DNA of 64,000 nt from an uncultured Gemmatimonadota bacterium (GTDB lineage Bacteria > Gemmatimonadota > CAZMKB01 > CAZNLH01), in NCBI GenBank assembly GCA_964577985.1, contig CAZOAR010000007.1, positions 659-64,658 of the forward strand, read 5' to 3'. Below, in pieces: positions 58,229 through 64,000 of the stretch. A program made the translations under genes and the position numbers. How positions within the stretch are numbered: the first letter of the stretch is position 1; the number at the start of each line of letters is the position of its first letter. Under the pieces are notes generated by a model. It was given only the letters and a program-made list of their open reading frames with translations, was not told the DNA's origin and did not search any database.

Positions 58229-59092
58229 CTACTGGTCCGAGTTGTCTGCGACAGGAATCCCGTCACTCTCCGTGTCGGCCGGACGATCCGACCGCTTCTC
58301 GCACCTGTGAACCGTGATGTCGTCGCCAGCACCAACTCCGAGGGCCTCGGACGCGCTTCCGCCGTTGACGCTCACCTCCAGGTATCCCGAGCTGCCGATC
58401 AGCGAGAGGACGTGGCCCTCCTGGACCGAGCAGTATGTCTTCACCAGTCCGACTATCCGTTTGCCGCCGGTCTTCACTATCGCGTCGCTCCCCGAGATAA
58501 ACTCCCTGAGCACTCCTTCCGGGACGTTCGTGATAATGTTGCCGAAACGGTCGACATGAATCACGGTCCCTACTATGGCTTCTCCTACCCTTTTCGCCTC
58601 CAGCGCGTCGAGCATCACAGGGTCATCTATCACCGTACCGAGACCGTCGAAACGCGCGGTGTCTAGAGACAGGTGCGCCGCAACCGGGGCAAAAAGATCC
58701 CGTCCGTGAAACGTGGGAGAGATTTTTCCCGCGAAGTATCTGCTTTCGGTTATCTCGATGACCGAAACGGCTTCGCGCCCGTCCAGGATCCGGGTGAACA
58801 GGCCGTTGTCGGGACCGACAAAGGTTCCCGATCCGCTCCTGACGGCAATCGCCCTGCGATCACCACCAACACCCGGGTCGACCACCGCGAGATGAACCGT
58901 CTCCGGAGGGAAACAGCCGCTGACACGTGCCAGCAGGTAGGCGCCGAATCGAATGTCACCCGGCGGCACGTCATGGGACACATCAATAAGGGCAGCCTTC
59001 GGGTTGATTGATAGGATGACTCCCTTCATCGCGCCGACGTAATAGTCTCTGGTGCCAAAATCCGTAATCAGGGCTATGGTCCCATCAGCCAT
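58229..59092 (-). CDS. SAM hydrolase / chlorinase-fluorinase family (DUF62)
   Basis: TDFGTRDYYVG, VVDPGVG, GPDNG, TFHGRDLF, VDRFGN. Confidence 0.92.
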   Translation of the reverse strand: MADGTIALITDFGTRDYYVGAMKGVILSINPKAALIDVSHDVPPGDIRFGAYLLARVSGCFPPETVHLAVVDPGVGGDRRAIAVRSGSGTFVGPDNGLFTRILDGREAVSVIEITESRYFAGKISPTFHGRDLFAPVAAHLSLDTARFDGLGTVIDDPVMLDALEAKRVGEAIVGTVIHVDRFGNIITNVPEGVLREFISGSDAIVKTGGKRIVGLVKTYCSVQEGHVLSLIGSSGYLEVSVNGGSASEALGVGAGDDITVHRCEKRSDRPADTESDGIPVADNSDQ

Positions 59093-59224
59093 CAGCCGTT
59101 TGCTCCCGATCTCCGTCGTGACAGAAAAAGCACATCGGCCGTCCCGAGTGCTCTTCAGTCAGACAATAAAAAGCGCCTTCCCCTTTGTCAATCGAAATAT
59201 CCCTCGAAGTCTCCCCGATGGCAG

Positions 59225-60112
59225 CTACTCGCAGAGGCCCCTCAGAAGAGCAAGGTTTTCCAGGTCGTTGCTTTCGTCCTCGCCCTTGGGGGTCTCGATG
59301 ACCTTCGGAATCGATCGAAGCCTCTCGTCAATCATTATCTGACGGAATCCCTCGATGCCAATATTACCCTTACCTATGTGGTGGTGTCTGTCGACGTGGC
59401 TGTTAAACTCCTTGAGGGTGTCATTCATGTGGAGCAGTTTCAGATGCCGGAAGCTGATCACCGCGTCGAACTCCCGCATGGTGGACTGGTACGCCTCCTG
59501 ATCACGCAGATCATAGCCCGCCACAAAGATATGACACGTGTCCAGACAGATCCCGAGCCGGTCGCCCATTCCCACCTCGTCGAGCAGCCACCGGAGTTCC
59601 TCGAACCGGCTGCCGAGGGAAGACCCCTGCCCCGCCGTCGTTTCGAGTAGTATCTCAACCCCTTCCGCCGGTGAGCCCTGCATCACCCTTTTCAACGACC
59701 CGGCGATCTTCTTCAGACCCTCCTCCACACCCGCGCCGCGGTGAGCGCCCGGATGCATGACGAGATAGTCGAGTCCCAGGAGATTCGCCCGTTCCACTTC
59801 ACCAGTCAGGGCATCTTCCGACCTCCGCCTCAGATCGTCATCCGGGGAAGCGACGTTTATCAGATAGGAATCGTGTGCGGTGACGTGGGAGAATTCGTGC
59901 TCGGCCACTCTCTTACGGAATTCGCGTGCGTCTGATTCCGGTATCTCCTTGCCCTCCCAGCGATTACTGTTCTTTGTAAAGAGCTGAAAGGTCGTGCAAC
60001 CGATCTTCGCCGCCCGCCTCGCCGCTTCCTGGACACCCCCTGCTATCGAGAGATGGGCTCCTATCAGGACATCCCGCCCCTGCCTGCCTTCTTTCTTTTC
60101 TCCACGAGCCAT
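59225..60112 (-). CDS. nfo: Endonuclease IV
   Basis: GAHLSIAGG, HDSYLIN, HPG, ETTAGQG, CLDTCH, HMND, DRHHHIG, ETP. Confidence 0.96.
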   Translation of the reverse strand: MARGEKKEGRQGRDVLIGAHLSIAGGVQEAARRAAKIGCTTFQLFTKNSNRWEGKEIPESDAREFRKRVAEHEFSHVTAHDSYLINVASPDDDLRRRSEDALTGEVERANLLGLDYLVMHPGAHRGAGVEEGLKKIAGSLKRVMQGSPAEGVEILLETTAGQGSSLGSRFEELRWLLDEVGMGDRLGICLDTCHIFVAGYDLRDQEAYQSTMREFDAVISFRHLKLLHMNDTLKEFNSHVDRHHHIGKGNIGIEGFRQIMIDERLRSIPKVIETPKGEDESNDLENLALLRGLCE

Positions 60113-60122
60113 TTATCCCCCA

Positions 60123-60905
60123 CTACGCGGGCAACATCCCGCCATCTATGCCGATCGCCTGCCCCGTTATCCCGCCGGCATTATCCGATGCCAGAAAAAG
60201 TGCGAGCGGGGCGATCTCGTCCGGCTGAAGATATCTGCCCATGGGAAGATTTTCGATCCGCTGACGGATGAACTCATCCTCGCCCTGGCCGTACAGACGA
60301 GCCTCGACATTCTTTATCTTCTCCGCCATCCCGGTCTGCACGAATCCCGGACAGATGGCATTGACCGTGACACCGAGTGGCATTACCTCGAGCGCGAGAG
60401 ACCTTACGAGGCCGAGAACTCCATGCTTGGAAGCGCTGTACGCGGCACCGTATCTACATCCCAACCTGCCGGCCAGAGAGGAGATACAGATTATTCTTCC
60501 CCATCCCCGCTCTGTCATCGCGCTGACACACTCCCGTACACATAGGAAAGTCCCCGTGAGGTTTACCGCGACCAGGTTCTCCCACTCCTCCAGGGCTGTC
60601 TCCGCGACCGGCGAGAGATCGAGGACACCGGCGGACGTCACAAGTACATCGATGCGCCCGAGACTCGCGGTGGCGTCTCTCACCATTTCTCTCACCGCGA
60701 CTTCTTCACGGACATCCACGGTCAGGCCCACGGCCTCCGCTCCGGTCTCCGCGCACTCTTTTCTGACGCGTTCCACTTCCATCTCTTTGTCCGACGCTAT
60801 CGCGACGCTGCAACCGGAACGTGAAAACGCCAGCGCCGTGGATCTACCGATACCGCTCCCGCCACCTGTCACAAGGACGGCCCTCTTATCGTTTTCAATC
60901 GTCAC
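60123..60905 (-). CDS. Classical SDR oxidoreductase
   Basis: TGGGSGIG, YSASKHG, NAICPGFVQT. Confidence 0.9.
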   Translation of the reverse strand: MTIENDKRAVLVTGGGSGIGRSTALAFSRSGCSVAIASDKEMEVERVRKECAETGAEAVGLTVDVREEVAVREMVRDATASLGRIDVLVTSAGVLDLSPVAETALEEWENLVAVNLTGTFLCVRECVSAMTERGWGRIICISSLAGRLGCRYGAAYSASKHGVLGLVRSLALEVMPLGVTVNAICPGFVQTGMAEKIKNVEARLYGQGEDEFIRQRIENLPMGRYLQPDEIAPLALFLASDNAGGITGQAIGIDGGMLPA

Positions 60906-60989
60906 TTTCCCATTCCCCTTATTACAAAAACATCCTCGTCGCGAAGGATTTCTGTCCCGGCAATTGTGTGTCCGTCTCTCGAACGCCCA

Positions 60990-61790
60990 TCACGTATTGC
61001 TCTGTTCATAGTAGCGATAACGACCCAGGTGCCAGCCACCCCCTACTGCCATCGTGCTGCCGGTCACGTATGCGGCGCGTTCCGAGACAAAAAAGAGGAC
61101 CGCTTCGGCTATGTCATCCGCTGTACCGAGACGCCCCACCGGGATCTCTCTGACGATCTCGTGACGCTTATTCTCTGACAACCGCGTATTGTCTATGACA
61201 CCCGGGGATACTACGTTTACTGTTATTCCGTTGTGTGCCTCCTCAACGGCCAGCGATTTTGACAGGGTCACGACGCCGGTCTTCGAGATCTCATATGGAG
61301 TGGTCGCCGGGGCGGCTTTGGTAAACTCGGCGTTAGACCATGCGATGTTTACAACCCTCCCCCATTGTCTTCTCCGCATCATTGGGATCGCGTATCTGCA
61401 GCAGTAGAATACGCTGTGCAGGTTGCTGTCTATGATAGTATGCCACTCGCTGCTCCTGATGAGTGAGATTGGTTTGACGAGGAAATCTCCCACGTTATTC
61501 ACCAGGATATCGAGCCCGCCCCATTCTCCATCGATCCGTTCCATCATCATCCCGACATCTCCCTCGACGGTGACATCAGCCTGGATTGTCATTATCGTCG
61601 CGCCCCGTCCTGTCAGCTCCAGGGCCAGCTTCTTAGCCTTCTCGCCGCTTGTGAGGTAGTTTATTGCGACGCAACAACCTTCCGCTGCAAGTCTCTCTGC
61701 GAGCCGCCGTCCAATCCCTCTCGCGCTACCGGTGATGAGCGCACGCTTTCCCCTGAGGTCCATGTCCCGGGAGTCGATCTCTTTACCCAT
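60990..61790 (-). CDS. SDR oxidoreductase (atypical catalytic-Ser region)
   Basis: TGSARGIG, NNVG, YEISK, NVVSPG. Confidence 0.88.
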   Translation of the reverse strand: MGKEIDSRDMDLRGKRALITGSARGIGRRLAERLAAEGCCVAINYLTSGEKAKKLALELTGRGATIMTIQADVTVEGDVGMMMERIDGEWGGLDILVNNVGDFLVKPISLIRSSEWHTIIDSNLHSVFYCCRYAIPMMRRRQWGRVVNIAWSNAEFTKAAPATTPYEISKTGVVTLSKSLAVEEAHNGITVNVVSPGVIDNTRLSENKRHEIVREIPVGRLGTADDIAEAVLFFVSERAAYVTGSTMAVGGGWHLGRYRYYEQSNT

Positions 61791-61796
61791 CTGAAA

Positions 61797-62612
61797 TCAC
61801 TCTCCTTCTTTCGTCGGGATGAGCATAATCTCTCTCCTTCCCCGGGGACTTGTTACAACCATGCTGATCTCCTCATCCGAAGGCAGAGCCAGCAGGACAT
61901 CATCGAATTCGCTGACGCCCGAGACCGCGGAGCCCTGGAGACTGAGGATAATATCTCCCCTGTTCAAGCCGCCTTCTCCCGCAGGACTATCCTCCTCCAC
62001 AAAGGAGACCAGCACTCCGTCCTTTTCCTCAACTCCCATCGCCTCCAGAAGTTCCGCCGTTACATTCTGTATCTTGAACCCGAAGCGCTCGGTCAGGCTC
62101 TCCTCTACCATCCATCCCGTCAGATCGGGACTCGCTGAGTTGTTCATTACGTCAGCGGATACGTATATCGGCGATCCCGAGCGTATGGCGAGTGCGATCG
62201 CGTCGCTCGGGCGGCTGTCGATCACCTTGTCCGAACCTTCACTTCGGAGGACTATCTGCGCGAAAAAGACATCATCCCTCAGATCGGTGATTATTACGCG
62301 CTCCACTCGCGTCTCGAGTCCATCGAGGATGCTCTTCATAAGATCGTGCGTCATGGGGCGCTCGGTATCGATCTGCTCCAGGCCCAGAGCAATCGCGCCC
62401 GCCTCCGCAGTTCCGATAAAGATGGGCAGCGCCTTTTTCACTTCTTTCCCGACGAGAATTACCACTGGAGATTCCGTCTTCGGGTCTATGACAAGGCCCT
62501 TTATGTCCACTTCGACCAGGCTGGAATCGTTTTCCGATCCTGCAAAATAGCTTGAGAATATCAGAGCGACCATGCCGGCGCACAGTACAACAAGTATCGT
62601 CGATCGCCTCAT
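61797..62612 (-). CDS. Bifunctional nuclease (DUF151) domain fused to a C-terminal PDZ domain, with N-terminal hydrophobic anchor
   Basis: LPIFIG..EA.AI, RPMTHDL, DSRPSDAIALA; GVLVSFVEEDSPA..GGLNRGDIIL PDZ signature. Confidence 0.85.
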   Translation of the reverse strand: MRRSTILVVLCAGMVALIFSSYFAGSENDSSLVEVDIKGLVIDPKTESPVVILVGKEVKKALPIFIGTAEAGAIALGLEQIDTERPMTHDLMKSILDGLETRVERVIITDLRDDVFFAQIVLRSEGSDKVIDSRPSDAIALAIRSGSPIYVSADVMNNSASPDLTGWMVEESLTERFGFKIQNVTAELLEAMGVEEKDGVLVSFVEEDSPAGEGGLNRGDIILSLQGSAVSGVSEFDDVLLALPSDEEISMVVTSPRGRREIMLIPTKEGE

Positions 62613-62689
62613 CTGCAGCCTCTCCGCGTCAACGTGAAATGGCCGTCATCATGCTTTCCGTCATCTCGCCGTTCGATCGTGCGCATCTT

Positions 62690-62923
62690 CTATCCCCCCG
62701 CCACGGGCTCAAAAAACTCGACGCTATCCTGGTCGCTGAGGGCACTCGATCTCTCCGCCAGGACTCCATTAAGGCCCACTACCCAGACATCCTCTTCCGG
62801 CATTCCAAGCTCTTCAACGAGATCATCCACAGACGCGCCGTCCCGCAACGAAACCTCCGACTCCCTGTTGCCTCCGCCATATCTTTTCAGGCCCGCCTGA
62901 AAGAAAACCGTCACACGGATCAT
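62690..62923 (-). CDS. MoaD/ThiS-family ubiquitin-like protein
   Basis: 77 aa, LNG, DSVEFFEPVAGG C-terminal diglycine; SD GGAG. Confidence 0.85.
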   Translation of the reverse strand: MIRVTVFFQAGLKRYGGGNRESEVSLRDGASVDDLVEELGMPEEDVWVVGLNGVLAERSSALSDQDSVEFFEPVAGG

Positions 62924-62948
62924 CCTGACTCTCCATAACGATGGCACA

Positions 62949-64000
62949 TTATCTCCCCTGACGCGCAGACGACAACGCCTTGACTCCACGGAGGAGTATT
63001 TCCGCGCCCACGAGCATGGCGTTCTCATCGAAGTCGAATCGCGGATTGTGATGGGAGATCTCGTGTCCCGACGATGGATCGTGCGATCCCACAAAGAAAA
63101 AACAGCCCGGCACCCGCTTGAGGAAATAGGACATATCCTCGGCCGTCATCTGAAGGCCCGGATCGATCACAGAATCCTCACCTACGACCATCCCGGCCTC
63201 TCTTCTCATGATACTGGCTACATCATAATCGTTTACGAGCGGCGGATAGCCCCACGTATTGTCGAGCCTGAACCTGGCGCCGTGGGCGCGTGCGATCCCA
63301 CCTGCGACCTTCCTGATCAGTTCGGGGAAGCGCTGTCTCACCTCGTCGCTGAAGGCCCTCGTCGTCCCTCTCATCGAGACCTCTTCGGCTATCGCGTTGA
63401 AACTCCCCTCCCCTGAGATCGTGCCGATGGAGAGTACAGCAGGCTCGACCGGGTTCAGCGACCGGCTGACGATACTCTGAAGCGCGTCCACAATCCTCGC
63501 CGCCACAAGGACAGAGTCGACCGTACGGTGCGGATTTCCGCCGTGGCCTCCCTTGCCGGTCACTTTCATGTCCAGTATGTCCGCGGAGGCCATCATCGGT
63601 CCCCCGCGAATTCCGACCCTGCCGACCGGGAGATGGTTCCAGAGGTGGAGCGCCAGGATAAAGTCGACATGTGGTCTATCGAGTACGCCCGCCTCGATCA
63701 TCGGAAGCGCTCCTCCCGGGCTCTCCTCGGCCGGCTGAAACAGGAACTTGACACCGCCTTTCAGACCACCACGGTAACGGGAGATCAGTCTCGCTACCTG
63801 GAGGGCGATGGCGACGTGACCATCGTGACCGCACGCGTGCATCACCCCCTTCGTCTTCGACCCATATTCCCTGTTCCCTCTCTCCGTGATCGGGAGCGCA
63901 TCCATATCCGCTCTGATTGCAACCGTCTTCCCCCTCTTCACTCCCTCCAGATAACCGCTGACACCGGTACCTGCAATTCCATCTCTGACCTCGTACCCCC
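62949..64000 (-). CDS. M20 family amidohydrolase (5' partial)
   Basis: IRADMDALP, MHACGHDGH, FQPAEE, GGHG, AEDMSY, HHNPRFDFDE; frame open to the window end. Confidence 0.92.
   Translation of the reverse strand, partial: GYEVRDGIAGTGVSGYLEGVKRGKTVAIRADMDALPITERGNREYGSKTKGVMHACGHDGHVAIALQVARLISRYRGGLKGGVKFLFQPAEESPGGALPMIEAGVLDRPHVDFILALHLWNHLPVGRVGIRGGPMMASADILDMKVTGKGGHGGNPHRTVDSVLVAARIVDALQSIVSRSLNPVEPAVLSIGTISGEGSFNAIAEEVSMRGTTRAFSDEVRQRFPELIRKVAGGIARAHGARFRLDNTWGYPPLVNDYDVASIMRREAGMVVGEDSVIDPGLQMTAEDMSYFLKRVPGCFFFVGSHDPSSGHEISHHNPRFDFDENAMLVGAEILLRGVKALSSARQGR

Overview
64-kb chromosomal segment from a diderm bacterium with porins, a TonB-dependent receptor and c-type cytochromes; the protein styles suggest an FCB-group-like lineage, but that is a weak inference. 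From left to right: (1) partial gpmI; (2) a complete phoBR-porin-pstSCAB-phoU locus with an 11-bp-phased PHO-box promoter; (3) a secreted monoheme protein resembling the temptin domain, a BNR-repeat protein, a heme-motif porin and a class I cytochrome c; (4) four glycosyltransferases around an IS630 relic; (5) an orphan MEDS-PAS histidine kinase; (6) a full F1Fo ATP synthase operon whose first gene seems to start at ATA; (7) three alkaline-phosphatase-superfamily genes plus a flippase-like gene, with a REP cluster; (8) a napA pseudogene with a large internal deletion beside molybdate transporter, moeA and moaD; (9) a GT-C/GT2/GT4 cluster; (10) a TonB receptor-ECF sigma-DUF4097-anti-sigma-membrane protein run; (11) purD; (12) a minus-strand run of M20 amidohydrolase, ThiS/MoaD, nuclease(DUF151)-PDZ fusion, two SDRs, nfo, SAM hydrolase, cutA, orphan ParA, TPR protein and a trans-sulfuration enzyme. 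The best candidates for undescribed biology are the ParA + TPR partner pair, the temptin-like cytochrome, orphan Shine-Dalgarno leaders at identical spacing, the AlkP/flippase cluster and the membrane-anchored DUF151-PDZ protein. No rRNA, tRNA or CRISPR array was seen. All family assignments come from motif recognition by eye; no database search was run.
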